Shown in pieces: positions 47,349 through 56,847 of a stretch of DNA of 64,000 nucleotides; positions within the stretch are counted from its first letter, which is position 1, and every line of letters begins with the position of its first letter. Both the position numbers and the translations under genes were made by a program. The stretch spans positions 192,001 to 256,000 of the forward strand of contig JBGARZ010000007.1 in NCBI GenBank assembly GCA_044229975.1. The letters are read 5' to 3'. The notes under the pieces are model-generated. The model was not told where the DNA came from, did no database searches, and saw nothing but the letters and a program-made list of their open reading frames with translations. Source of the DNA: Polyangiales bacterium. Lineage in GTDB: Bacteria; Myxococcota_A; Polyangia; Polyangiales; Ga0077539.

Positions 47349-48746
47349 ATGAGCGCGCAGGACAGGAGGCACTCCGACCCGCCGCCGGGGACCAACCACG
47401 CGCACCATTTCCTCTCGCGCCTCGACCGCATCTCCGCCGAGGAGACGGCGCTCGCGCTCGCGCTCTACCGCGACCCGGCGATCTTGCGGTACGTCATCGA
47501 GCAGGCCGCGCCCGACCCGGCGAGCGAGCGCGTGGCCATCTCGCTCGACGGCCCCGACGGGCCCTTCGTGATCGTCACGCGCGAGGCGCGCTTCGTCACC
47601 TGCCTCGCGCGCGGCATGGACCCCTACGACACCGCGGTGGTCGCGCGCCGCGACCTCGACCGCTGCGCCGTGAGCTTCGAGCGGTTGCGGGTCGCCATGG
47701 AGCGAGCCCGCGTCGTCTCGCAGGACTCCCAGCGCATGCGCGCGGCCTTCCAGGCGCTGTACTTCGCGGGCGATCGCCTGAGCCGCGAGGACGTGGAGAT
47801 CGTCCTCGGGCTGCGCACGCTCATGCTGTCGCGCTACGTCCGCGACCTCCTCGACACCGAAGACCACGTGGTGGTCGCCCTCGACGAGCTCAAGCGCCGC
47901 ACGCGCTTCCGCGCCGAGGAGCACGGCCGGCTGCACGCCGTCTGGCAGAGCGCGTGGGCCGTCGGTCACCTGCTGCCGCTGCTGGCCGACGAGTCCCTCG
48001 AAGAGTGTCGACGCTACTCGGGCATCGAGTGCTCGCTCGAAGAGTGCTTCGCGGACTTCGCGTGGTCCGGCGTTCGGCTGGGCAACACGGCCCTCGCGCT
48101 GCGCGGGGTCTGGTGCGCCGCGCGCATGGGTCGCGTGTGCGTGGGTCAGCTCGCGAAGCAGGCGCGCACGTCCATCATCCACCTGGAGCAGATCGGCTCC
48201 ATCTGGGCGCTGGTCGGCGCGGCGGTGCGCTACCCCGACCTGCGCGAGCGGGTCGAGCGCTGCCTCGACTGGCTGGTGGCAGCGAAGCAGCCGTACATCG
48301 AAGGGGTCGCCGCGAAGGCCGCGGCCGCGCTGCGCGATCGCCTCGCGCTCGGCCCGGCGTGGGAAGCGAAGGCCGTGGAGAGCCTGCGCGCGGGGACCTT
48401 TCTCAGCGGGGCGAGCGTGAGCTTCGACGGCTACGACGACGACGCGGTGCTCGCGTGGCACGCCTGCTACGAGGTGGGCATCCGCGACCCGCAGGCGTCC
48501 GACCTGATGGCGGTGCTGGTCCCGTGGTTCGCGGTGCGCGAGCCCGAAACGATGTACCAGCGCGAGGCGGTGGCGCGGCGCCTACAGATCCCGTGGGACG
48601 TGGCGGCCACCGAGATGCTCATCACCCACTACCGTCGGCTCTGGGCGTCGGATGTTCCGGTGAGCGTCGCCCCGACGCAGGGCCGCAACGAGCGGTGCTC
48701 GTGCGGGAGCGGGAAGAAGTTCAAGAAGTGCTGCGGGGGGAAGTGA
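47349..48746 (+). CDS. SEC-C motif-containing protein
   Basis: C-terminal GRNERCSCGSGKKFKKCCG. Confidence 0.85.
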   Translation: MSAQDRRHSDPPPGTNHAHHFLSRLDRISAEETALALALYRDPAILRYVIEQAAPDPASERVAISLDGPDGPFVIVTREARFVTCLARGMDPYDTAVVARRDLDRCAVSFERLRVAMERARVVSQDSQRMRAAFQALYFAGDRLSREDVEIVLGLRTLMLSRYVRDLLDTEDHVVVALDELKRRTRFRAEEHGRLHAVWQSAWAVGHLLPLLADESLEECRRYSGIECSLEECFADFAWSGVRLGNTALALRGVWCAARMGRVCVGQLAKQARTSIIHLEQIGSIWALVGAAVRYPDLRERVERCLDWLVAAKQPYIEGVAAKAAAALRDRLALGPAWEAKAVESLRAGTFLSGASVSFDGYDDDAVLAWHACYEVGIRDPQASDLMAVLVPWFAVREPETMYQREAVARRLQIPWDVAATEMLITHYRRLWASDVPVSVAPTQGRNERCSCGSGKKFKKCCGGK

Positions 48747-48880
48747 GCGTGACGCGCCGAGGTCGCGCAGATCGCGCCGTCTCTGCTCAAGGCTCTCGCG
48801 AAACACTGTGAATAGAGGTGTTTCTCGTGGGTACGGCCGTTGCTGAAGAGCTCGGCGCATCACCCACAAGGAGACCCGCC

Positions 48881-49408
48881 ATGACCCTTCCGATCTTCCG
48901 CGTCCTCGTCGTCGCCGCTGCCCTCGCCGCCTGTGGCGGTGGCTCCTCCACCACCCTCGGCGGAGCGATTCCGGTGCTCGACACGCCGCGCTCCGAGATG
49001 CCTCCCACCATCGCAGGCCGATGGTTCTCCGGGAGCATCTCGTCGATCCAGTATCAGTCCGCGATCGACGGACAGTCGGCGCCCACCAACGGCTCGGGCT
49101 TCTACTTCATCATCGACGCCGACGGGGGCTACGAGTACGGCGCGCTGATCAGCTCGACCATCTACAACTGCTCGTCGCAGCTTCGCGGGGTCGAGCGCGG
49201 CACCGTCGTCCTCGACGGGGATTCGTTCGTCACGCATCGGCACGGCCGCGTGACGCACCTGACCAACACCTGCGGCCGCTCGGCCGACAGCTCGCTGGGG
49301 CCCGCGGTGGTCACGTACCGCTGGTCGCGCGACGACAGCTCCGGGCGCGAGCGCCTCACGCTGACGGCCTCCGACGGCAGCGCGACGACGTACAGCCGCT
49401 GGGAGTGA
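48881..49408 (+). CDS. Hypothetical beta-rich lipoprotein
   Basis: AAGGAG RBS; lipobox LAAC; lipocalin-like IAGRW. Confidence 0.75.
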   Translation: MTLPIFRVLVVAAALAACGGGSSTTLGGAIPVLDTPRSEMPPTIAGRWFSGSISSIQYQSAIDGQSAPTNGSGFYFIIDADGGYEYGALISSTIYNCSSQLRGVERGTVVLDGDSFVTHRHGRVTHLTNTCGRSADSSLGPAVVTYRWSRDDSSGRERLTLTASDGSATTYSRWE

Positions 49409-49446
49409 GGAGCCTCCGCGGCGTTCGGGTATAGGTTGGGCGAGCC

Positions 49447-50235
49447 GTGCACCCACCGCCCGCGATCGCCCGCTTCTGCCTCGACGGCGCGCACGCCCGT
49501 GGTCCGTCGCGCGCGCACGTCATCGGCGTGTCGGGGCCGCAGGGCGGTGGGAAATCGACGCTCACCGCAGGGCTCGTGACGGCGATGGAGCGCGCGGGGC
49601 TGCGAGCCGTCACCGTGTCGGTCGACGACTTCTACCGGACGCACGCCGACCAGCGCGCCCTCGCCGCGCGACACCCTGGCGACCGCTGCCTCGAACACCG
49701 CGGCTACCCCGGAACGCACGACGTCGCGCTTGGTGATCGTGTCCTCGGCGCGCTCGCCTCGCAGCGATCTGGCTCTGTTGCCGTCCCGGTCTACGACAAG
49801 TCCCTGCACGGCGGACGCGGCGATCGCTCGCCGACGGAGTTTCGGGTCGAAGCGCCGCTCGACGTGGTCCTCGTCGAAGGATGGATGCTCGGGTTTCGCG
49901 CGCTGCCTCGCGACGTGTGCCCGCCGACGCTGCGCGCCACCAACGAATACCTCCCCGCGTACGCATCATGGACCGCCCGCCTCGACGCCTTCGTCCACCT
50001 CGTCGCGGGCGACCCGGCGTGGATCGTCGACTACCGCGTCGACGCCGAGCGGGCCCGCCGCGCGGCCGGACAGCCGGCGCTCTCGGACGACGAGGCGCGC
50101 GACTACATCGAGCGCTTCCTCCCCGCGTACGAGGCGTATGTTCCGCCGCTCGTCGCAGCGCCGCCGTGCGCGCGATGGCTGCGCGCGACGATCGGACCCG
50201 ACCGCGCGATCGTGTCGCTCACCGAGGTGGGTTGA
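49447..50235 (+). CDS. P-loop kinase, D-glycerate 3-kinase-like
   Basis: GVSGPQGGGKST, SVDDFY, RGYPGTHD, YDKSLHGGRGDR, EGWMLGF. Confidence 0.88.
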   Translation: MHPPPAIARFCLDGAHARGPSRAHVIGVSGPQGGGKSTLTAGLVTAMERAGLRAVTVSVDDFYRTHADQRALAARHPGDRCLEHRGYPGTHDVALGDRVLGALASQRSGSVAVPVYDKSLHGGRGDRSPTEFRVEAPLDVVLVEGWMLGFRALPRDVCPPTLRATNEYLPAYASWTARLDAFVHLVAGDPAWIVDYRVDAERARRAAGQPALSDDEARDYIERFLPAYEAYVPPLVAAPPCARWLRATIGPDRAIVSLTEVG

Positions 50236-50291
50236 ACCACGGCGAGCGCGGCGGTTGAGCAGGCGTCGGCACGGACGTACGGTCGCGCCCG

Positions 50292-51272
50292 ATGCGCAAC
50301 ACCGTCGTCTGGACCCTGGGCCTCTTCGTCGGGCTCGCCGCGTGCGACGACTCCACCAGCACCCCGCGTACGCCCGCGGTCGATGCGGCGATGGACGCAC
50401 CCGTCGCCGTCGACGTGCCCGTCGTGGTCGATGTTCCCGCGGTCGATGTGCCTGCGGCGCGTGAGTGCGACACGCCCGATGCGTGCACCTGGATCGAGTC
50501 GTACCAGCGCGAGGTGATCGGTCGTCTCGCGGGCCGCGAGGAGATCTCCCCCGGCGTGACGCTCGCCCACCGCGCCTCGGTCGCCGAGCGCGCCGCGGCT
50601 CGCACGTACCTCCGCGACGCCCTCGCTGCGCGCGGGCTCAACGCAGAGCTACGGGCCTACACCACTGGGCAAAACGTCGTGGCCAGCCTGCCCGCCACGA
50701 CCGGCGCGACAACCGCGCGCATCGTCGTCGGCGCGCACTACGACAGCGTGCCCGCGGGGCCGGGCGCTGCCGACGACGGAACCGGCGTGGCCATCGTGCT
50801 GGCCGCCGCGCGCTACCTCGCGACGCTGCCGCGCCGTGACCACCCGATCGACTTCGTGCTCTTCGACCAGGAGGAGATCGGCCTCGTGGGAAGCGCGGTC
50901 TACGCGGGAGCGCTGACGAGCGATGGGGCCGCGGTCGACAGCGTGCACTGCTTCGACATGGTGAGCTTCGACGGCGACGGCGACGGCGCGGTCGAGCTGT
51001 GGTCGCCCTCCGCCGGGCTCGAAGACCTCTATCGCCTTCACGGCACCCCACGGAGCATTCCCGTCCACGCGGTGACCTTCGCGTCGAGCGACCACCAGTC
51101 GTTTCTGCGGCGGGGGTTTGCGGCGGTCGGGGTCGGCGAGGAGTTCGTCGGCGGTGACCACACGCCGCACTACCACCGCGCGACCGATACGTTCGACCGC
51201 ATCGACTTCGCCTACCTCGGGCGCATCACCCGCCTCGCGTTCGACGTGCTCGCCGACCGAGTGGTCGATTGA
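50292..51272 (+). CDS. M28 family metallopeptidase lipoprotein
   Basis: Lipobox LAAC; GAHYDS, GAADDGTG, EEIGLVGS, SDHQSF, YHRATD. Confidence 0.92.
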   Translation: MRNTVVWTLGLFVGLAACDDSTSTPRTPAVDAAMDAPVAVDVPVVVDVPAVDVPAARECDTPDACTWIESYQREVIGRLAGREEISPGVTLAHRASVAERAAARTYLRDALAARGLNAELRAYTTGQNVVASLPATTGATTARIVVGAHYDSVPAGPGAADDGTGVAIVLAAARYLATLPRRDHPIDFVLFDQEEIGLVGSAVYAGALTSDGAAVDSVHCFDMVSFDGDGDGAVELWSPSAGLEDLYRLHGTPRSIPVHAVTFASSDHQSFLRRGFAAVGVGEEFVGGDHTPHYHRATDTFDRIDFAYLGRITRLAFDVLADRVVD

Positions 51273-51282
51273 GACGTTCTGC

Positions 51283-51545
51283 GGTCCCACGCCGCCGCGC
51301 CAGCAAGGCGCGCATCCGCTACGACCGCAGTCCCCGGGGCCCACGCCGAAGCGTCAGCGCGGCGCGCACCGGTCAGGCCCGCAGCACCAGTCCGAACGAC
51401 TCATCCGGTCTCGTGGGGCTACGAGACTCAACTTCGGACGTAGCGGATGCGCGCCTTGCTGACGCTGCGGCGTGGGCCCCGGTGACTGCGTGCCTGACCG
51501 TTGCGCGCCTTGCTGACGCTGCGGCGTGGGCCCCGGGGACTGCGG
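51283..51545. repeat. Modular repeat family 2, third copy (central module inverted)
   Basis: Units CCCACGCCG..GCGTCAGCGCGGCGCGCACCGGTCAGGCCCGCAG; reverse-complemented central module about 51388-51433; then inverted units. Confidence 0.8.
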
Positions 51546-51562
51546 ACGTGGCGGACCCGCGT

Positions 51563-51582
51563 CGCCTACTCCGAATCCCAGG
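51563..51582 (-). repeat. GTAG-type REP-like repeat, partial copy 3
   Basis: CGCCTACTCCGAATCCCAGG shared with copies 1 and 2. Confidence 0.7.
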
Positions 51583-51596
51583 TGCGTCGTCGTCGA

Positions 51597-51636
51597 CTCC
51601 AGACGTCTGGAGCTGCACCTCCAGACGTCTGGAGGT
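51597..51636. repeat. Tandem pair of perfect 16-bp palindromes CTCCAGACGTCTGGAG
   Basis: 51597-51612 and 51619-51634, period 22 bp. Confidence 0.8.
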
Positions 51637-51657
51637 CGTCTGCTCGTGCCCCCGGAC

Positions 51658-52731
51658 TCACAGCACGGTGCGTCCGCGCTTCGCCCAAGTCTTCGGAAGC
51701 GACGTCCTGGGGATGCCGAGCTCCTTCAGACCAGGCGCCGCGTCGACGAGGTAGCGTAGGGCCGCGTCGCTCATCTCGGCGCGCTTCACGAAGAGGCGCT
51801 GGAGCTTCGGCAGACCGCGAGCGGCGAGGCGCTTCGCGATGCGCGCATCGATGCGACAGTCGTGGAGCTCGAGTCGTTCGAGCTGCGGGACGAAGTCTGC
51901 GTCCGCGATCGCCGCCACCGTCGCCTCGTCGGGGAAGCGGAGGTTGAGCGACGTGAGCGCGTCGAGCCCGGCGACCGCGCGGTAGTCCGACGCCACCAGC
52001 GCCTTCCGCGCGAGCTCAAGCGAACCGAGACGCTTCGCCCACGGCGCATCGAGCAACGTCGCAACGGCCGCGTCGTCGGCGTCGATGCCTCGCAGCGTGA
52101 GCGACGCGAGCCGCTCGACTGCGGGGAGAACCGCGAGCGATCGAAGCTCCGCCGCGCCGAGGTCGTTCAGCTCCAGCACATGCAGGGGAGGGGCGGCTGC
52201 CACCACCGTCAGCGCTCCCGCTCCTCCGCTCGCGTTGAGCCCAAGAACCTCCAGCAACGTCATGCGCGCGACGGCGCCCGCGAGTGCGCGCGCGACGGGC
52301 GCTTCGAGACGCACCCGATGCAGCAGCACCGTGAGGCGTCGCAGGTGCGAGACGCTCGATGGCGCCAACGCGGCCTCGAAGATCGCGGCGGCGGCTTCGG
52401 CCGTGCCTTCACCCTGCGATGAGCTCGGGTACCAGAAGTCGGCGGCGATCAACGGCAGCTCGTGCTGCGCGAGCACGTCGATGACGCGCGCCACCTCGGG
52501 TCCCGCGCCGTCGTTGACCGAGAGCATGCGATGCAACCCCCAGGTCGACGGCGGCGCGAGGACCGCTCCCATCCGAACGGAGTGGGTGATGGCGTAGCGG
52601 CGATCGAGCGGGCCGAGCGCCTTCGCGATCGCAGCCTTGAGCTTGTCAGGAACGGGCAGGAACCCATCCGTGGGCTTCTTCGTCGCCCACGATGGCAGCG
52701 CCACCTCCGGTCGGTGGCGCTCGGTGGGCAT
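51658..52731 (-). CDS. Leucine-rich-repeat-like hypothetical protein
   Basis: Repeated LxxLxL (LRRLTV, LEVLGL, LASLTL, LTSLNL, LERLEL, LKELGI); ATG overlaps the upstream stop (TGATG). Confidence 0.7.
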   Translation of the reverse strand: MPTERHRPEVALPSWATKKPTDGFLPVPDKLKAAIAKALGPLDRRYAITHSVRMGAVLAPPSTWGLHRMLSVNDGAGPEVARVIDVLAQHELPLIAADFWYPSSSQGEGTAEAAAAIFEAALAPSSVSHLRRLTVLLHRVRLEAPVARALAGAVARMTLLEVLGLNASGGAGALTVVAAAPPLHVLELNDLGAAELRSLAVLPAVERLASLTLRGIDADDAAVATLLDAPWAKRLGSLELARKALVASDYRAVAGLDALTSLNLRFPDEATVAAIADADFVPQLERLELHDCRIDARIAKRLAARGLPKLQRLFVKRAEMSDAALRYLVDAAPGLKELGIPRTSLPKTWAKRGRTVL

Positions 52732-55700
52732 CAGTCCTGGCAGCAGAGGGCGCCGCCCGCCGTCGGGGTGGTGAGCACCACGTTGTGCGCCTCGCGGAAG
52801 CCGTCGCTGCCGCAGCTCCAGCCCGCCGGGAGCGACGAGCACACGTTGTTGCTGAAGGCGTTGAGCACGCCGCATGCGACGGCGGGCGTGGCGCCCGCGG
52901 AGCCGCAGCCGAAGACGTCGTTGGACACGGCGTCGCTGCCGCCGCAGCCCGTCGCGCAGCTCTCGCTGTTGCACGGCGGGTTGAGGAAGTTGCTCCCGTT
53001 GGCGCACACGCCGCAGCCGGTGCTCGACTGCCGCGTCACGAAGAACTGCCCCGGGCTCGGCGACGCGTTGGTGCACCCGGTGGACGAGCGCATCGTGACC
53101 TCCGCGGCCGAGTAGCAGACGTGCCAGCCGACCGCGCACAGGTCGGCCACGTTGCAGCCCACGCCCGTCGGCGAGGCGCCGTTGTTGCCGCCACCGCGCG
53201 CGCACATCGGGTTGAACGTCGGCGACAGCACGCCCGGAATCTGGAAGCCGCCGCTGCACGACGCGATGCGCGGGTACGACGAGAGGCTCAGGAAGCCCTC
53301 GCGCGTTCCGTCGGCGCAGCCCTGCACCACCGGGTCGGCCACGCAGCTCCCGGCGGCGCAGCGCTGGCCCGCGGCGCACACCCGACCGCACGCCCCGCAG
53401 TTGTTGGCGTCGGCGCTGATGCCGGTCTCGCAGCCGTCGGTCGCGCTGGTGTTGCAGTTGGCGAAGCCCGCGGTGCAGCCCACCACGGTGCACGCACCCG
53501 CCGCACAGCCCGCGACGGTGGTGTTGGGCAGCGAGCACACGCGCCCGCACGCCCCGCAGTTGGCCGGGTCGACCGCCGTGTTGGTGCACACCGCGACCGA
53601 GCCCGTGCACGCCGTGTTGGGCGCGAGGCAGGCCGTCCCGCACACGCCCGCGACGCACACCTGCCCGGCGCCGCACGCGCGCCCGCAGCCGCCGCAGTTG
53701 GCCGGGTCGGTGTTGGTGTTGGCCTCGCAGCCGTTGGCCGCAGTGGCATCGCAGTTGGCGAAGCCGGCGGAGCAGGCCGTCACCGCGCACGCGCTCGACG
53801 TGCACGACGAGGTGGCGTTGGCCAGCACGCACGATCGGCCGCACGCCCCGCAGCTCGTTCCGGTGTTGGAGAGGTTGGTCTCGCAGCCGTTGCTCGCGAT
53901 GCCGTCGCAGTTGCCGAAGCCCGCCGCGCAGGTGACCACCGTGCACGCGCTCGCCCCGCAGCCGTTGACGGCGGTGTTGGGGAGGGCGCAGACGGTCCCG
54001 CACGCGCCGCAGTTGCGCGGGTCGATGCGGGTGTCGGTGCAGAAGGCCGCCGAGCCGCTGCCGCACACCACGTTGGGCGACGCGCAGGTGGTCACGCAGA
54101 CGCCCGCGGCGCAGCTCTGCCCCGCGCCGCACACCACGCCGCAGCCGCCGCAGTTGGAGTTGCTGGTGCGCGTGTCGACCTCGCAGCCGTTGGCGGTGCT
54201 GGCGTCGCAGTTGGCGAAGCCCGCGAGGCAGGCCGTCAGCCCGCACGTCCCGGCCGTGCACGCCGCCGTCGCGTTGGCCAGCGCGCACGCCCGGCCGCAG
54301 GCCCCGCAGCTCGTCATGGTGGTGAGCAGGTTGGTCTCGCAGCCGTCGACCGCCGCGCCGTTGCAGTCGCCCGTCCCCGCGTTGCAGCGGATGACCGTGC
54401 ACGCCCCGGCCGCGCAGCCCGTGGCCGCCGCCGAGGGGAGGGAGCAGACGCGGCCGCAGGTTCCGCAGTTGGCGGGGTCGACCGCGGTGTTGGCGCAGTA
54501 CGAGGGCGCGCCGCCGACCGAGGGGCAGGTGGTGAGCGAGGCCGCGCAGGTCGTCCCGCAGAGACCACCAGAGCACACCTGGCCCGCGCCGCACGCGATG
54601 CCGCAGCCGCCGCAGTTGGCGTTGTCGGTGCGGGTGTTCACCTCGCAGCCGTTGCCCACCGCGCCGTCGCAGTTGGCGAAGTCCACGTTGCAGGTCGTCA
54701 GCCCGCAGGTGCCGCCTGCGCAGGTCGACGTCGCGTTGGCCAGAACGCACCCGCGACCGCACGCGCCGCAGTTGCCCGCGCTCGTCAGGAGGTTGGTCTC
54801 GCAGCCGTCGGCGGCGACGCCGTTGCAGTCGCCCGTCCCCGCGATGCAGCGCACGACCGTGCACGCGCCGCCCCCGCAGCCGTTGCTGGCCACGGACGGG
54901 AGCGCGCAGACCGTCCCGCACGCGCCGCAGTTGTCCGGGTCGACGGCGGTGTTGGCGCAGAACGGCGGCGCCGACCCGACCGCGGGGCACGTCGCGAGGC
55001 CCGGCGCGCAGGTGGTGCCGCACACCCCGGCGGAGCACACCTGGCCGGCGGTGCACGTCCTCGCGCACACGCCGCAGTTGGTGTTGTCGGTGCGGACGTC
55101 GACCTCGCAGCCGTTGGCCGCGACGCCGTCACAATCCGCGAAGCCGGGGTTGCAGGCCGCGACGCCGCACGCGCCCGAGGTGCACGCGGCGACCGCGTTG
55201 GGCAGCACGCACGCGCGGCCGCAGGCGCCGCAGCTCGGGGCGCTGGTCTGGAGGTCGGTCTCGCAGCCGTTGGACGCCACGCCGTCGCAGTCGCCCGCGC
55301 CCGCGTTGCAGCGGATCACCGTGCACATCCCCCCGGCGCACCCGTTGGCCGAGGCCGCGGGGAGCGCGCAGACCATCCCGCACGCGCCGCAGTTGGTCGG
55401 GTCGATCTGGGTGTTGGTGCAAAACGCGGTGCTGCCCGAGCCGCAGGTCGTGAGGCCCGTCCCGCAGGTGGCGCCGCACACGCCAGCGGAGCAGACCTGG
55501 CCCGCGGCGCAGGTGGTGCCGCAGGTGCCGCAGTTGCCGTTTTCGGTGCGGGTGTTGGTCTCGCAGCCGTCCGAGGCGGCGCCGTTGCAGTCCGCGAAGC
55601 CCGTCGCGCACGAGCCCGTCGGCACCGCGCACATCCCGGCCACGCACGACTGCGCGGTGACGTTGGGGAGCGCGCACGCCGCGCCGCACGCGCCGCAGTG

Positions 55701-56744
55701 GGGCGCGCTGCTGGTGAGGTCGGTCTCGCAGCCGTTGGACGCGACGCCGTCGCAGTCACCGAAGCCCGTCGCGCACCGCACGATCGAACACATCCCCGCC
55801 GTGCACCCCGTGGTGACCGCGTTGGGGAGGGTGCAGACGGTGCCGCAGGCGCCGCAGTTGGCGGGGTCGATGGAGAGGTCGGCGCAGTAGGTCACGCCCG
55901 CATCGCCGCCGCCGCAGGTGACGAGCGGCGTGGCGCAGGTGGTGCCGCAGACGCCGGCCGAGCAGACACGGCCTGCGCCGCAGGTGCTGCCGCACGCGCC
56001 GCAGTTGGCGTTGTCGGTCTGGAGGTTGGCGCAGCTCGATCCGCAGACGGTGAGGCCGGTGCCGCACGAGGCCGCGCAGGTGCCGTTGGTGCACGCCTGA
56101 CCGGCGGCGCAGACGGTGCCGCAACTGCCGCAGTTGGCGTTGTCGGTCTGGAGGTTGGCGCAGGTCGTTCCGCAGGCGGTCTGGGCGCCGGGGCAGGACA
56201 CCTGGCACATGCCCGCGACGCACACGTTGCCCGCGGGGCAGACGTTGCCGCAGGCGCCGCAGTTGGTGCGGTCGGTGCGGGTGTCGGCGCAGTAGCTCGG
56301 GAGGCCGACGTCGCCGGTCCCGGCGTCGCCGCCGCCGCAGGTGGCGAGCGTGGGCGCGCAGGTGATGGAGCAGCGCGAGAGGCTGCACACCTGGCCGGTT
56401 CCGCACGCGCGACCGCAGGCGGCGCAGTTGTTGGTGTCCGTGGCGAGGTCGACGCAGGCGCCGTTGCAGGCCGTCTGGGTGCCGGGGCACTGCACCTGGC
56501 AGACGCCCGCGACGCACATCATCAGGTTGCCGCACGTCCGTCCGCAGGCGCCGCAGTTGGTGCTGTCGTTGGCCGTGTCGACGCAGCGCGAGCCGCACTG
56601 GGTCTGCATCGGGGTACACACGGCGGGCACATCCATCGACCCGTCGCGCGCCCCGCCGTCTGGGCCGCCGACGACGCTGTTGCCGACCGAACAGCCCACC
56701 AGCACGGAGATCAGGAGCAGCGACCAGAGCGCGCGGAGGTTCAT
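52731..56744 (-). CDS. Large Cys-rich repeat lipoprotein (myxobacterial D..NCG.CG..C repeats)
   Basis: Lipobox LVGC; more than 20 NCGACG-type repeats and GFANCD...NGCE repeats; distinct C-terminal domain starting GCADGTREGF. Confidence 0.9.
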   Translation of the reverse strand: MNLRALWSLLLISVLVGCSVGNSVVGGPDGGARDGSMDVPAVCTPMQTQCGSRCVDTANDSTNCGACGRTCGNLMMCVAGVCQVQCPGTQTACNGACVDLATDTNNCAACGRACGTGQVCSLSRCSITCAPTLATCGGGDAGTGDVGLPSYCADTRTDRTNCGACGNVCPAGNVCVAGMCQVSCPGAQTACGTTCANLQTDNANCGSCGTVCAAGQACTNGTCAASCGTGLTVCGSSCANLQTDNANCGACGSTCGAGRVCSAGVCGTTCATPLVTCGGGDAGVTYCADLSIDPANCGACGTVCTLPNAVTTGCTAGMCSIVRCATGFGDCDGVASNGCETDLTSSAPHCGACGAACALPNVTAQSCVAGMCAVPTGSCATGFADCNGAASDGCETNTRTENGNCGTCGTTCAAGQVCSAGVCGATCGTGLTTCGSGSTAFCTNTQIDPTNCGACGMVCALPAASANGCAGGMCTVIRCNAGAGDCDGVASNGCETDLQTSAPSCGACGRACVLPNAVAACTSGACGVAACNPGFADCDGVAANGCEVDVRTDNTNCGVCARTCTAGQVCSAGVCGTTCAPGLATCPAVGSAPPFCANTAVDPDNCGACGTVCALPSVASNGCGGGACTVVRCIAGTGDCNGVAADGCETNLLTSAGNCGACGRGCVLANATSTCAGGTCGLTTCNVDFANCDGAVGNGCEVNTRTDNANCGGCGIACGAGQVCSGGLCGTTCAASLTTCPSVGGAPSYCANTAVDPANCGTCGRVCSLPSAAATGCAAGACTVIRCNAGTGDCNGAAVDGCETNLLTTMTSCGACGRACALANATAACTAGTCGLTACLAGFANCDASTANGCEVDTRTSNSNCGGCGVVCGAGQSCAAGVCVTTCASPNVVCGSGSAAFCTDTRIDPRNCGACGTVCALPNTAVNGCGASACTVVTCAAGFGNCDGIASNGCETNLSNTGTSCGACGRSCVLANATSSCTSSACAVTACSAGFANCDATAANGCEANTNTDPANCGGCGRACGAGQVCVAGVCGTACLAPNTACTGSVAVCTNTAVDPANCGACGRVCSLPNTTVAGCAAGACTVVGCTAGFANCNTSATDGCETGISADANNCGACGRVCAAGQRCAAGSCVADPVVQGCADGTREGFLSLSSYPRIASCSGGFQIPGVLSPTFNPMCARGGGNNGASPTGVGCNVADLCAVGWHVCYSAAEVTMRSSTGCTNASPSPGQFFVTRQSSTGCGVCANGSNFLNPPCNSESCATGCGGSDAVSNDVFGCGSAGATPAVACGVLNAFSNNVCSSLPAGWSCGSDGFREAHNVVLTTPTAGGALCCQD

Positions 56745-56847
56745 GGTGACGATCACACGCTTGGGCGAAGGCCGGTGTCAATCAACAGGCACGTGCGCAT
56801 GACGCCGGACGGGTGCGTCGGCACGGGGGCTGCTCAAGCGCGTTGCC

